Source: Candidatus Binatia bacterium (GTDB taxonomy: Bacteria; Desulfobacterota; Binatia; HRBIN30). Taken from it: a stretch of 64,000 bases of DNA. This document shows, one piece after another, positions 51,628 through 62,155 of this stretch. Every line of letters starts with the position of its first letter. Within the stretch, counting starts at the first letter, position 1. Where the stretch lies: NCBI GenBank assembly GCA_038245295.1, contig JBBRSP010000010.1, positions 151,102 through 215,101 of the forward strand, in the 5' to 3' direction. The position numbers and the translations under genes are program-made. The notes under the pieces were generated by a model that was not told where the DNA came from, did no database searches, and saw only the letters and a program-made list of their open reading frames with translations.

Positions 51628-54198
51628 ATGAACGCCATGCCCTCGCGATCACGCCATCTTCTGTTGAGTCTCGTTCTCCTGACCTTCGCCGCGTGTTCGG
51701 AGGATGCGGAGCCGGTAACGCAAGCCAAGACGGCGTGTGATCCCCTGCCCCTTCCCGCCGCGGCAACCGGCATCCTCGGGCGGCAAAGTGACGGCAGCTA
51801 CAATGGCCACAACGGCCGCACCGCCGGTGGCGTCGGCAGCAGCATCGTGCTCGATGGCGTCGCCCAGGGTGTGGTCACACATCCGACCAAGCCGCTGGCG
51901 TTTGTCTCGGCCTACGGGGACGACGGGCGGCGCTTGCTGGTCGTCAATCTCGCCACCAGGACCATCGTGCAGAACCTCAACTCGGGTATCCCGCAAGGAA
52001 AGGCCGTCTTGTCGGTCGACGGCAATCGGCTGTTTGTGCCGCAGGGCACGCAGGGCGACGTGGCAGTCTATGACGTTGGCGCCGACGGCAAACTCACACC
52101 GGGACCGAGCGTGACGGTCGGCGATCGTGTCGTCGCCCTGCACGCCGCCGCTGATGGCCACACCTTGTGGGCCGCAAGGTTCACCGAACGCGAGTTGGTG
52201 GCCATCGATCTCACATCACTGCAAGTGCGCAACCGTATTCGGCTCACACAAGGCGCCTGGGACATCGTCGAGCTACCCAGCCGCTCGGAGCTCTACATCT
52301 CCGACCTGACGGGTGACAAAGTCGGGGTCATCGACACGCGTACCGAAACCGTCGTCGCCTCGATCGCCTTGCCCACCGCGCCGGCGCGCATGGTGCGCAA
52401 GCCCGACGATAGCCGCGTCTGGGTACCGGTCAGCGGCCACGATGATGTCGTAGCGATCGACACCAGCACACGCGCCGTGATCGGTCGCAGCCTCGTCGCC
52501 GAGGACGACCTCATCGATTCCACCGGCGCGCCCTTGCCGAACAGCAATCCCAACGCCGCCGCCTATGAGCCGACAACGAATCGCTTGTTCGTCACCCGCG
52601 GCACCGACAACGCGGTGTCGGTCTTCGACGCGACAAGCTTGCAGCATCTTGGCTCATTCCCGACCTCCTGGTGGCCAACCGACATCGGCATGCCGGCGGC
52701 GTTGCCGGGCGTCCTGATGGTCGCCGAAGGTTTCGGCGGCGGTCTCGACCCCGCTCCCAAGGCGAACGGCGAAAACAGCAACATCAACAACGGCACGCTG
52801 ACGCTGGTCACCTTGAACACACTCGATCTGACGGCGGGCACCAAGTTGGTGAAGACCAACCAAGTGCGCTCGCTCGATCGCTATCCGTTCGAGTGTGCCA
52901 GCGGCAAGTTCCCGATCCCGACCAACGACAAGCAAACGTCGCCGATCAAACACGTCGTGCTGCTGGTCAAGGAGAACAAAAAGTTCGACTCGTACTTCGG
53001 CGACGCCAATATCCCGGGCGCCGACGCCGATCCGCATCTGGTGCGGTGGACGGCCGACATCAACCCGAACCACCGCAAGCTGGCGCGCGACTTCAACATC
53101 TCCGATCGCTTCTTCCTCGAGTCGCAGGAGTCCGATTCCGGCCACCTTTTTCTCACCGCGGCGCACATGACCGAGTTCGTCCAGCGCTTCTTCTCTGAGC
53201 CACCCGGCTCGCTGACCGACCTATGGCCGCTGCGCAACCCGGCGGTTCCGGATGTCGGCAACGTGTTCACGCATGTCATCGATCACGGCAAGACACTGCG
53301 CGTCTACGGCGAGATCGTCGGCATGACCGTACCGGGGCGCATGGGAGTCATGCCCGCAAGTTTCAGCGACCAGAGTTACCCGGGTGGTCCCGTCATCAAC
53401 TACGCTACCCTCGATCGCGACCGCGCCACCTACGTCGTCGACCAGGCCAACCAGCACGGCCTGCCGGATTACACCTACATGCTGCTTCCCAACGATCACA
53501 CGCAGGGAACGACACCGGGGCAGCCCACGCCGGAGAGCTACGTCGCTGACAATGACGACGGGCTCGGCATTCTGATCGATGGACTGTCGCACAACGCCGA
53601 ACTGTGGAAGGAAACCGCCATCTTCATTCTCGAGGATGATCCGCAGGGCGGCAGCGATCACGTGTCGGAGGCCCGCTCGTACCTGATCGTAGCCTCGCCA
53701 TGGGCCCGCCGCGGCTACGTGAGCCATCACCAGACTTCGTTCCTGTCGGTTCATGCCACCATCTTGCGCATCCTCGGTGTGCCACCGCTCGGCCGCGAGG
53801 ACGCCTCGGCAGCGCCACTTTGGGACATCTTCACCGAGACGCCCGACTTCACGCCATGGACACGTCTGCCGCGCACGTACCCCGAAGAAATAAACCCAGC
53901 GAATGCATTCGGTGCGGCGCTGTCGGCACGGATGGATTTTCGCAGCGCCGACCGCAACCCTGACCTCGGCAAACTGCTCGACCTCTACCGATCGTGGAAG
54001 CTCGGCCTCATGAGCCGCGTAGAAGCTGAAGCGAAACTCCACGAACCCATGGATGCGGAAGAGTACGAGGACCGCGCCGAAGAGGCACGCCAGGAACAGA
54101 CCGCGTTCGATGGCGCGTTGAAAGACTACAACGTCTGGCTGGCGCCGCAGGGGAAGAAGTACCTGCCGACCGGAGAGCTGGTCTCGCCTAAACCCTAG
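51628..54198 (+). CDS. YncE-like beta-propeller / phosphoesterase (alkaline phosphatase superfamily) lipoprotein
   Basis: FAAC lipobox; YVTN-like propeller repeats; PIKHVV..KEN..FD..FGD, LPNDHT.G, VADND, EDDPQGG.DHV. Confidence 0.88.
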   Translation: MNAMPSRSRHLLLSLVLLTFAACSEDAEPVTQAKTACDPLPLPAAATGILGRQSDGSYNGHNGRTAGGVGSSIVLDGVAQGVVTHPTKPLAFVSAYGDDGRRLLVVNLATRTIVQNLNSGIPQGKAVLSVDGNRLFVPQGTQGDVAVYDVGADGKLTPGPSVTVGDRVVALHAAADGHTLWAARFTERELVAIDLTSLQVRNRIRLTQGAWDIVELPSRSELYISDLTGDKVGVIDTRTETVVASIALPTAPARMVRKPDDSRVWVPVSGHDDVVAIDTSTRAVIGRSLVAEDDLIDSTGAPLPNSNPNAAAYEPTTNRLFVTRGTDNAVSVFDATSLQHLGSFPTSWWPTDIGMPAALPGVLMVAEGFGGGLDPAPKANGENSNINNGTLTLVTLNTLDLTAGTKLVKTNQVRSLDRYPFECASGKFPIPTNDKQTSPIKHVVLLVKENKKFDSYFGDANIPGADADPHLVRWTADINPNHRKLARDFNISDRFFLESQESDSGHLFLTAAHMTEFVQRFFSEPPGSLTDLWPLRNPAVPDVGNVFTHVIDHGKTLRVYGEIVGMTVPGRMGVMPASFSDQSYPGGPVINYATLDRDRATYVVDQANQHGLPDYTYMLLPNDHTQGTTPGQPTPESYVADNDDGLGILIDGLSHNAELWKETAIFILEDDPQGGSDHVSEARSYLIVASPWARRGYVSHHQTSFLSVHATILRILGVPPLGREDASAAPLWDIFTETPDFTPWTRLPRTYPEEINPANAFGAALSARMDFRSADRNPDLGKLLDLYRSWKLGLMSRVEAEAKLHEPMDAEEYEDRAEEARQEQTAFDGALKDYNVWLAPQGKKYLPTGELVSPKP

Positions 54199-54204
54199 CC
54201 TAAG

Positions 54205-54386
54205 TGCTCCGGTTCATTAGTTCGGCGACGTATTTCGCGGCTGTTCGGAAGCATTGGGCTGACGCGCCGCAGGCTGAAGCCTGCGCCTACCAGACTGAGT
54301 ACGCACCCTAAAGCGGATCGGTAGGCGCAGGCTTTAGACTGCGGAGGGCGGTTGCGGATACGTCACCGCATTTGTGCCGAACAGTA
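54205..54386. mobile_element. 182-bp MITE-like element, copy 2
   Basis: Matches 8160-8341 with 4 substitutions; flanked by CTAAG direct repeats (54200-54204, 54387-54391). Confidence 0.85.
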
Positions 54387-54481
54387 CTAAGCCTGCGCCG
54401 CGCCCCTTCAACACAGGCGGAGGCGATGGCGCGGGCGAAGGCAAGGTTGACCCCGATCGCAGCGGCCCGTATGGCACCGGT

Positions 54482-55984
54482 ATGCCATCCAAGTTTGCGG
54501 GTAAGAGTCGCCGGCCGTCGAGCACGATCTCGGCGTCGGGGATAACACGTCGTGATGTGATCAAGGGTGCGGGGTTGCTGGGCCTCGGCTTGATGCTTGG
54601 CGGCTGCGGTGACGATGGCGAGAACGCCCAACCCGCGGTCATACGCCAGCCCGGTTCGCTGCCCAATCCAAATCTCCCGGAAGGCACCGACACGCTGCCG
54701 CAGATCGAGCACATCATCATTCTGATGATGGAGAACCACTCGTTCGACAATTACTTCGGATTGCTCGACCCGGGCGTCGGCCTCGAACTGCGTAACGGCG
54801 TGCCCATCACCTCGAACCCGGATGGTCAAGGCAACCTCGTCCACTCGTTCCATATGCCGAATACTTGCCAGTTCCAGGCTCTGCCCGGCCAGGATTGGGA
54901 TCGCAGTCACACCTCGTACGCCAATGGCCGCAACGATGGTTTCGTACGGGCAAGTGGTCCGGTCTCGATGGGGTATTGGACCGGACAAGACATCCCCTTC
55001 TACTACGGCCTCGCAAAAACATTTCCGCTGGCCAGCCGGTGGTTTGGTTCGACTTTGTGCCAGACCTATCCGAACCGCCGTTTCCTGATGGCCGGCACCG
55101 CCGCCGGTATCATCGATACCAGCGACAAGGCGTTGCGCGCTCCGGCCCCGCCGAACGGCAATATCTTCGAACGTCTCGACCAGCACGGCATCGCATGGCG
55201 TAACTACGCTACAGATGCGCCGTCGGTCGCCATCCTCGTCCAGTATGCGCTGCGACATCAGGAGTCGATCCTGCCGATCAATCAGTTCTTCCTCGACGCC
55301 GCCGCCGGCACTCTGCCCGCTGTGTCGGTCGTCGATCCGGCCTTCAGCGGCGGCGGCTCGGAAGAGAATCCGGACGATATCCGCATCGGTGAGCAATTCT
55401 CGTCGCGCGTCATCAACGCCGCCATGGCGGGGCGCGGCTGGCCGAAAACGCTCCTGGTCTGGCTCTACGACGAACACGGCGGCTACTACGATCACGTGCC
55501 GCCGCCGGCGGCGATTCTACCCGACAACATTCCGCCGAAACTTGGGCCTAACAATCAGCCGGGAGCATACGACCGTTACGGCTTCCGTGTGCCGGCGGTG
55601 ATCGTCTCGCCCTATGCGCGGCGCAACTACATCTCACGCACGGAGCGCGACCATACGGCGATCCTCAAGTTCATCGAACGCAAGTTCAACCTCGGGGCGC
55701 TGACGTACCGCGACGCCAACGCCGACGACCTGTTCGATTGCCTCGACTTCGCCCATCCGCCGGCATTTCTCGAACCGCCGGTGCTACCGGCGCCGGCCCT
55801 CGCCGATGCCAACGCTCCCGTCTGCACACCTGGCGATCCCGGGACGATTCCACCGCCCGGGGCTGTCACGCCGGCGACAACGGCGGCGAAGTTTGATCGA
55901 CAACTGGTCGACGACTTGGAAGAGCCCGCGATACCCATGGGTGAGCCGCTGGCGCGCCTGTGGAACGAGCGGCAGCGTCTATGA
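54482..55984 (+). CDS. Phospholipase C / phosphoesterase family Tat lipoprotein
   Basis: TRRDVIK twin-arginine, LGGC lipobox; IEHIIILMMENHSFDNYFG, TYPNR, YDEHGGYYDHV.PP, GFRVP. Confidence 0.9.
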   Translation: MPSKFAGKSRRPSSTISASGITRRDVIKGAGLLGLGLMLGGCGDDGENAQPAVIRQPGSLPNPNLPEGTDTLPQIEHIIILMMENHSFDNYFGLLDPGVGLELRNGVPITSNPDGQGNLVHSFHMPNTCQFQALPGQDWDRSHTSYANGRNDGFVRASGPVSMGYWTGQDIPFYYGLAKTFPLASRWFGSTLCQTYPNRRFLMAGTAAGIIDTSDKALRAPAPPNGNIFERLDQHGIAWRNYATDAPSVAILVQYALRHQESILPINQFFLDAAAGTLPAVSVVDPAFSGGGSEENPDDIRIGEQFSSRVINAAMAGRGWPKTLLVWLYDEHGGYYDHVPPPAAILPDNIPPKLGPNNQPGAYDRYGFRVPAVIVSPYARRNYISRTERDHTAILKFIERKFNLGALTYRDANADDLFDCLDFAHPPAFLEPPVLPAPALADANAPVCTPGDPGTIPPPGAVTPATTAAKFDRQLVDDLEEPAIPMGEPLARLWNERQRL

Positions 55985-56038
55985 CGTCGGCATCAGGACG
56001 CGCTCAGATGTCCGTAGCATAGAGAGGCTATCTCTACT

Positions 56039-56116
56039 CCGCAGACTCAAGCCTGCGCCTACCGGTTTCCAATTCGCCGTGTATTCAGCGTGGTAGGCGC
56101 AGGCTTCAGCCTGCGG
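56039..56116. repeat. REP family A inverted doublet (REPIN-like)
   Basis: Arms as at 39814-39892, with a related spacer ending TTCAGCGT. Confidence 0.85.
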
Positions 56117-56240
56117 TCAGCAACCAACCTGCCCTCGATGGTTGCGTTAACCTGCCGTCGTGGCATGGTGGCAGTATCAGTGCCATAAGTTACGAGATCG
56201 CCGCGGCAGAACGGAAGCTGCGACAAGAAGGGACCTCACC

Positions 56241-58616
56241 ATGCCCAGTATGAAACGACGCGACTTGCTGATCGGCGCCACTACCGGCGCCGCGGTTACG
56301 GCACTCGGCGCCGCCGGCTTGATGACGGTGCGTGAAAAACAGCGCAAGCTGCTCACGCCAAAGGAGATCGAGGCGGGTGGCAAGGCCGAGATCGCCGAAT
56401 CTTTCGCCGACTCGCGACCCGCGTACGTCGGCGAGGTCAGCGCCAAGCCCGGTTCACCGAACATCGTCGTCATCGTGCTCGACGATGTGGGCTTCTCCGA
56501 TCTCGGTGCCTACGGCAGTGAGATCCGTACACCGCAGATGGACGCACTGGCCGCCAGCGGTCTGCGCTACAACAACTTCCGCACCTGCGCCATGTGCTCG
56601 CCTACACGTGCGGCTCTGATGACCGGGCTCAACCACCACTCGGCCGGCATGGGTTGGCTCGCCGATCTCGACGCCGGATATCCCGGCTATCGCGGCGACA
56701 TGACGCTGGAAGCCGCCACACTGGCCGAGGTCCTACGCGACGCCGGCTGGGCAACGATGCACATTGGCAAGTGGCACGTGAACCTTGCCGCCTCGAACGG
56801 CGCCAACGGCCCGTATCACAATTGGCCGACCAATCGTGGCTTCGAGCGCGCCTACTGGTTCCAGGGTCACTCGACCGACTACTTCAAGCCGGGCGAGCTC
56901 ATCGACGGCGTCGCCCCGGTCGAACCGCCGACCAAGGACGACTACTTCGTCACCGAAGATCTTACCGACCGCGCCATCACCTACGTGCGCACGCAGAAGG
57001 CGCTGGCGCCGGACAAACCATTCTACATGCAGATCGCCTACCCGACCGCGCACTCGCCGCTGCAATGCCGGGCCGCCGACCGCGACGCCTACAAAGGTCT
57101 GTACGACGCGGGATGGGATGTCGTGCGCGCGGCGCGCCTCGAGCGTCAGCGCAAACTCGGCGTCGTGCCGCCGACGACACAACTGCCACCGCTGTCCCCT
57201 GGAGCCGATCCGTGGGACAAGCTCGACGCGACGCAGAAGCGGATCTACGCGCGCTATATGGAAGTGTACGCCGGCGCCATCAGCAGCGTCGATGCGCAGA
57301 TCGGCCGATTCCTTGATTCCCTCACGGAGATCGGCGAGCGCGACAACACCCTCGTTCTCTTGTTCTCCGACAATGGCGGTTCCGCCGAAGGAACATCCAC
57401 CGGCACACCCAACGTCTTCGCCGCCGCCTTTGGCCGACCGGTTCCGGTCGAGGAAGCCGCCAAACATTACGACATCATGGGCCAGGATCCGACCTTCCCG
57501 CATTACCCGATCGGTTGGACGTGTGTCTCGAACACGCCGTTCCGCATGTACAAGCAATACGCCCATCTCGGCGGCGTCGCCGATCCCCTCCTCGTCTCGT
57601 GGCCGAAGACGATCAAAGCGCGCGGCGAGAGCCGTGACCGTTTCGTGCATGTCATCGATCTCTACCCGACCATCCTCGAAGCCGCCGGCGTGCCGCGGCC
57701 GGAGGTGTATCGCGGCCGCAAACTGAAGCCGCTCGAAGGCGCGAGTGTCGCCGCGACCTTCGCCAACGCCGAAGCGGCGACACGTACCGAGCAGTACTTC
57801 GAGCTCGGCGGCCAGCGTGGTTATCTCGACGGCAACTGGCGGCTGGCGACGCGTCATGAGCGCGGTACGCCGTTCGAAAACGACGTCTGGGAACTTTACG
57901 ACATGACGAAGGATCCAAACGAGCTGCAGGATCTGGCGGTGGCGAATCCCGACAAGGTCAAAGAGATGGTCGCCAAGTGGAATGCCGCCGCCGAGAAACA
58001 TGGTGTCTTCCCGCTCGATGATCGCAACTTCATCATCAAGATGAGTCAGGACCGCCTGCGCCGCGGCCTGCGTCCGAAGTGGGAGTTCCGCCCCCCGGTG
58101 GAGCGACTGCCGGCGTACGTCGCCCCCAATTGCAGCGGCTTCAGCCACGAAATCCGCGCCGAGCTCGTACGACCAGCCGGGCATGGCGACGGTGTCATCG
58201 TCGCCAGCGGTTCACAGCCCGCCGGCTACGTCCTGCACATCACCGGCGGCAAGTTGATCTACGAGCAGAGCTTGTTTCCGTGGAATGAACGCATCGAGGC
58301 GGCGACACCACTGCCCGATGGCGAGGTCACCGTACGTTACGTGCAGACTATGACCAAGCGACCGTTCGAAGGCAGCGGCGCCTTGTTCGTCAACGACGCC
58401 AAGGTCGCCGACTACAAGTTCACGCGCACACTGGTGTCGACATCGTATGACGGCTTCACACTCGGCGCCGACCTCGGCAATCGTGTATCGACGCTGTATC
58501 AGGGGCCGCATCCGTTTCAGGGTCGAATCGTGCGCGTCAACATCGACATCGACACAACGCCGTTCACGGCGCTCGAGCAGCTGAACTTCGTCAACTCGCT
58601 GGCCATCAAGGTTTGA
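56241..58616 (+). CDS. Arylsulfatase (formylglycine-dependent), Tat-exported
   Basis: KRRDLL twin-arginine; PNIVVIVLDDVG, CSPTRAAL.TG (CxPxR), GKWH, SDNG. Confidence 0.93.
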   Translation: MPSMKRRDLLIGATTGAAVTALGAAGLMTVREKQRKLLTPKEIEAGGKAEIAESFADSRPAYVGEVSAKPGSPNIVVIVLDDVGFSDLGAYGSEIRTPQMDALAASGLRYNNFRTCAMCSPTRAALMTGLNHHSAGMGWLADLDAGYPGYRGDMTLEAATLAEVLRDAGWATMHIGKWHVNLAASNGANGPYHNWPTNRGFERAYWFQGHSTDYFKPGELIDGVAPVEPPTKDDYFVTEDLTDRAITYVRTQKALAPDKPFYMQIAYPTAHSPLQCRAADRDAYKGLYDAGWDVVRAARLERQRKLGVVPPTTQLPPLSPGADPWDKLDATQKRIYARYMEVYAGAISSVDAQIGRFLDSLTEIGERDNTLVLLFSDNGGSAEGTSTGTPNVFAAAFGRPVPVEEAAKHYDIMGQDPTFPHYPIGWTCVSNTPFRMYKQYAHLGGVADPLLVSWPKTIKARGESRDRFVHVIDLYPTILEAAGVPRPEVYRGRKLKPLEGASVAATFANAEAATRTEQYFELGGQRGYLDGNWRLATRHERGTPFENDVWELYDMTKDPNELQDLAVANPDKVKEMVAKWNAAAEKHGVFPLDDRNFIIKMSQDRLRRGLRPKWEFRPPVERLPAYVAPNCSGFSHEIRAELVRPAGHGDGVIVASGSQPAGYVLHITGGKLIYEQSLFPWNERIEAATPLPDGEVTVRYVQTMTKRPFEGSGALFVNDAKVADYKFTRTLVSTSYDGFTLGADLGNRVSTLYQGPHPFQGRIVRVNIDIDTTPFTALEQLNFVNSLAIKV

Positions 58617-58625
58617 AGATGCTGC

Positions 58626-58704
58626 CCGCAGGCTAAAGCTCGCGAGTACCACGCTGAATTTGAGGGCGGAATGCAAACGGGTAGGCGCAGGCTTCAGCCT
58701 GCGG
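58626..58704. repeat. REP family A doublet, inverted relative to the 39814 and 56039 copies
   Basis: Spacer begins TACCACGCTGAA, the reverse complement of TTCAGCGTGGTA. Confidence 0.8.
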
Positions 58705-58840
58705 CGTGCTCCGATGCGGATTGATATGGGGCCGTCGCGGACATGGGCAAAGCCCCTCACCCCGGCCGTCTCCCGCGGCAGCCCCCGGCCGGAGCGGGAG
58801 AAGGAGCGTTTGCGCATGTCGCTGATGGGTGCGAGGGAAA

Positions 58841-59692
58841 GTGATGATTGAGATCCCGGCAGGTCGCTACCGCATTGGTTCCGACGAGCACTATCCGGAA
58901 GAAAGGCCGGCGCGCGAGATCGGCGTCGCGGCGTTCCAGATCGACGCGACGCCGGTAACCAACGATGCCTTTGCGCAATTCGTTGCGGCGACCGGTCACA
59001 TCACAGCCGCAGAGAAGGCGCAGCCGCCAGGCTCGGCCGTATTCGTGATGAGTGCCGGTCCGGTAGATCTCCACGACCCTTCGAACTGGTGGCGTTTCGT
59101 CGCGGACACCAACTGGCGGGCGCCGGAGGGACACGGATCTGATCTTGCCGGGCGCGGACATCATCCGGTGGTGCACGTCGGTTACGAAGATGCCGTGGCC
59201 TTCGCACGCTGGAGCGGTAAACGTTTACCGAGCGAAGCAGAGTGGGAAGTCGCCGCCCGTGGTGGCCACGCCGCGACGGAGTACGCCTGGGGCAATGATC
59301 TAATGCCCGGCGGCCGCCTCATGGCCAACATCTGGAGCGGCTCGTTTCCATGGTACTTCGCGCGCGACGGCAAGCCCGGGACCATGCTGGTCGGTTCGTT
59401 TCCCGCCAATGGCTACGGGTTATTCGATGTGATCGGCAATGTCTGGGAGTGGACGGCTTCGGTGTTTGCAACGCAGGGTAGCTGCTCGTGTGCACCTCCT
59501 AGCGACGGCAACGACAGCAACGACGGCAAGGACGATGACCTGAGGATGGTGCTCAAGGGCGGATCATTCTTGTGCGCAGCGGAGTATTGCGCGCGCTATC
59601 GGCCGGCGGCACGGATTGGGCTGACACGCGATTCAACGACCATGCACGTTGGCTTTCGATGCGCTCGCGATGTGGTAGACGGAGCGCCATGA
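58841..59692 (+). CDS. Formylglycine-generating enzyme (sulfatase-modifying factor)
   Basis: [54 protein letters not shown]; follows the sulfatase. Confidence 0.93.
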   Translation: MMIEIPAGRYRIGSDEHYPEERPAREIGVAAFQIDATPVTNDAFAQFVAATGHITAAEKAQPPGSAVFVMSAGPVDLHDPSNWWRFVADTNWRAPEGHGSDLAGRGHHPVVHVGYEDAVAFARWSGKRLPSEAEWEVAARGGHAATEYAWGNDLMPGGRLMANIWSGSFPWYFARDGKPGTMLVGSFPANGYGLFDVIGNVWEWTASVFATQGSCSCAPPSDGNDSNDGKDDDLRMVLKGGSFLCAAEYCARYRPAARIGLTRDSTTMHVGFRCARDVVDGAP

Positions 59693-60246
59693 CGCTTTGG
59701 ACGTGGAGTGGCCCATCGCTGGCGCGTATCGCGCTGACGGCGCTGCTCCCGCTCTTGCTCCTTTACGGCTCGGGTTGCGCCGGCCGAACCGTGCCGCATC
59801 TTGAGACCACCGCCTACTGCGGTTGCGGCGCCTGCAGTGGTTGGGAGCGCGGCAGTTGGAAATATCTCAAGCTCGATTTCTGGAACCGCTATGTAAGCGT
59901 CGGTCGCAATGCCGGCTCTCCGTACTCGGGCAAGACCGCCAGCGGCACCTGGCCGCACGAGCCGCAGCCCGGACTGATGTCGGTCGACACGATCATCCAC
60001 CCTTGGATGATGCCGTTCCGTCTCCTGTTCCCATGGCTGTGGCTGCCACACGACGGCACGGCGGCCGCCGACACCGGCTACTATCCCTTCGGCACCCGGC
60101 TATGGGTGCCCGGCTACGGCTACGCCGTCGTCGAGGATCGTGGCTCGGCGATTCGCGGCCCGCGACACATCGATCTCTACTTCGATTCCCACAACCACGC
60201 GCTGCGCTGGGGCCGGCAGAAGTTGGACGTGACGGTGTATGACTGA
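59689..60246 (+). CDS. 3D (Asp-Asp-Asp) domain-containing protein
   Basis: TTAYC, TASG, AAD..YPFGT, VEDRG.AI.G..HIDLY; ATG overlaps the upstream stop. Confidence 0.85.
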   Translation: MTLWTWSGPSLARIALTALLPLLLLYGSGCAGRTVPHLETTAYCGCGACSGWERGSWKYLKLDFWNRYVSVGRNAGSPYSGKTASGTWPHEPQPGLMSVDTIIHPWMMPFRLLFPWLWLPHDGTAAADTGYYPFGTRLWVPGYGYAVVEDRGSAIRGPRHIDLYFDSHNHALRWGRQKLDVTVYD

Positions 60247-60265
60247 GGCAGCGATGACCAAATCC

Positions 60266-60290
60266 GGTAGGCGCAAGCTTTAGCTTGCGG
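60266..60290. repeat. REP family A singlet
   Basis: GGTAGGCGCAAGCTTTAGCTTGCGG, with compensatory changes in the stem. Confidence 0.8.
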
Positions 60291-60366
60291 TGATCAACTC
60301 GCCGGACCACGCACGGAGAAGCCCCAGACGGTTGCCGCGCGAGCCGCGACAAAATACAGAGGGTCC

Positions 60367-61773
60367 ATGGTGCAGAAACTCCTCGTTCTGATGATGGCGA
60401 TTTCCCTGTCGACGCTGCTGGGTTGTGGCGACAACGGCGAAGGGGCAGCCACAACCGCGGCCCCGAGCCACGATTGGGTCCCCGACGGCAGCTGGATTCG
60501 CGATCAGCAAGGACGCGTATTGTTGCTGCGCGGCAGCAACTACAGCGGTCTGGAGTGGGGCAACTTCAGCGATCAACCACACGGGCCACAGGAAGCGGAC
60601 TTCGCGCGCATGGCAAGCTGGGGCGTCACCGTGGTCCGCTTGCCGATTGCCTGGACCTATCTCGAACCCGAGCCCGGACACATCACTCTCGACTACCTCC
60701 ACAAGGAGGTGGATCCGGTCATCGCCTTCGCCCAGCGCCATGGCATGGTCGTCATCCTCGACATGCATCAGTTCAATTGGTCCAGCTGCTTCAACGGCGG
60801 CCTCGGTGTGCCGCCGTGGACCTGTGCGGGCAAGTATCCCAAAGGACTCAGCGGTCAGTTCAAGGCCGAGAGTGATTTCTGGCGCGGCACCACGGCGCCG
60901 GATGGACGGCCGCTGCTCGAGCACTTCGTCGACGTGTGGCGACAGGTTGCCGCGTATTACCGCGATTCGCCGACGGTGGTCGCCTTCGACATTTTCAACG
61001 AGCCCCTGGATCCCGGCGATCTGCGAATCAAGCCGCCCGAGCAGGTTTCGATGGAATTCGAGCACAACGTCTTGTTTCCGTTCTATCGGCGCATGGCGGC
61101 ACTGTATCGTAGCCTCGGCGCGAGGCAGACTCTGGTGATCGAGCCGGCCGTAACGCGCAACCTCGGGGTTCGCTCGCACCCGGAGTCGATCGGCGACACC
61201 AACGCGATCTACGCGCCGCACATCTACCTCGGCGCCGACACGGGCGGCTTCACCGGGACCCAGGAGGATCTGTCGGCGCAGTATGCCCAGGCCGTCACCG
61301 AAGCGGGCGAGATGAACGCGCCGGCGTGGGTCGGCGAATGGGGCGGTGGCGATCCGACCTTCTATCGCTACTCGCTGTTCGCGCAGGATCAATATCTCCT
61401 CGGCGGCGGTGTGTGGGGTTACTTCCCGAGCGGCAACGAGCTGGTCGACGCCAACGGCAACGAGAATCCCGCCCTGGTGAATGTCCTGGCTCGGCCCTAC
61501 CCCATCCAGACCGCCGGAATTCCGCAGTCCCTCCTCTGGGATCTCGACAACCGCGAGCTCACCTATTCATGGAAGGAAGACTCGACACACAACATCCCCA
61601 ACCCGACGATCCTCTTCGTGCCGGTGGCGCGCCACTTTCCCAGCGGCGTAGAAATCACCGCCACGCCGGGGGATGTAGTTGAAGTCCAAGGCGACCACGT
61701 CATCATCAACGCCAGCCGTGCCAACCCAGTGCATTCAGTGCACCTCGTTCCAAACCCGGCACCGCGTGTCTGA
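60367..61773 (+). CDS. Glycoside hydrolase family 5 lipoprotein, endoglycoceramidase-like
   Basis: LLGC lipobox; D.QGRVLLLRG.N, LDMHQ, IFNEP (acid/base), YAPH.Y, GEWG (nucleophile), RPYP...AG.P C-domain. Confidence 0.85.
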   Translation: MVQKLLVLMMAISLSTLLGCGDNGEGAATTAAPSHDWVPDGSWIRDQQGRVLLLRGSNYSGLEWGNFSDQPHGPQEADFARMASWGVTVVRLPIAWTYLEPEPGHITLDYLHKEVDPVIAFAQRHGMVVILDMHQFNWSSCFNGGLGVPPWTCAGKYPKGLSGQFKAESDFWRGTTAPDGRPLLEHFVDVWRQVAAYYRDSPTVVAFDIFNEPLDPGDLRIKPPEQVSMEFEHNVLFPFYRRMAALYRSLGARQTLVIEPAVTRNLGVRSHPESIGDTNAIYAPHIYLGADTGGFTGTQEDLSAQYAQAVTEAGEMNAPAWVGEWGGGDPTFYRYSLFAQDQYLLGGGVWGYFPSGNELVDANGNENPALVNVLARPYPIQTAGIPQSLLWDLDNRELTYSWKEDSTHNIPNPTILFVPVARHFPSGVEITATPGDVVEVQGDHVIINASRANPVHSVHLVPNPAPRV

Positions 61774-61876
61774 TGCGACACCATCGACAAACCTCAAGCG
61801 GAAACCCAAGCATCGTCCCGGCCTTCGAGTCGGTCGATTTTCTCTGATTCATCGTTTGAAACAGCGCAAACACCCC

Positions 61877-61958
61877 CGTCATACCGGCGAAAGCCGGTAT
61901 CCCCCCCGCCATTTTCGGCCTTCCACTCGAGGAGATCCCGGCTTTCGCCGGGATGACG
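61877..61958. repeat. REP-like doublet (CGTCATACCGGCGAAAGCCGGTATC / GATCCCGGCTTTCGCCGGGATGACG)
   Basis: Two GC-rich hairpin arms in inverted orientation. Confidence 0.8.
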
Positions 61959-62134
61959 TTCCTCCACTTTGGTTTTACGACAGTCTCTTTCGCCGGGATG
62001 ACGTTCCTCCACTTTGGTTTTACGACAGTCTCTTTCGCCGGGATGACGTTCCTCCACTTTGTTTTACGACAGTTTCTTTCGCCGGGATGACGTTCCTCCA
62101 CTTTGTTTTACGACAGTCCTTCGCCGGGACGACG
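61942..62134. repeat. Tandem array of a 45/44-bp unit, about 4.3 copies
   Basis: CTTTCGCCGGGATGACGTTCCTCCACTTTGGTTTTACGACAGTCT starting at 61942, 61987, 62032, 62076, plus a partial copy near 62119. Confidence 0.92.
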
Positions 62135-62155
62135 ATCAGGAGTATCCTCACCCGA

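Noticed and set aside
61942..62134. Possible CRISPR array
   Set aside because: The intervening sequences are identical rather than unique spacers, and there are no cas genes in the window
61679..62155. N-terminal extensions of ORF-track calls (also 3381, 40402, 51304, 54374)
   Set aside because: They run through repeats or promoters; downstream starts with an RBS, signal peptide or family-typical N-terminus fit better
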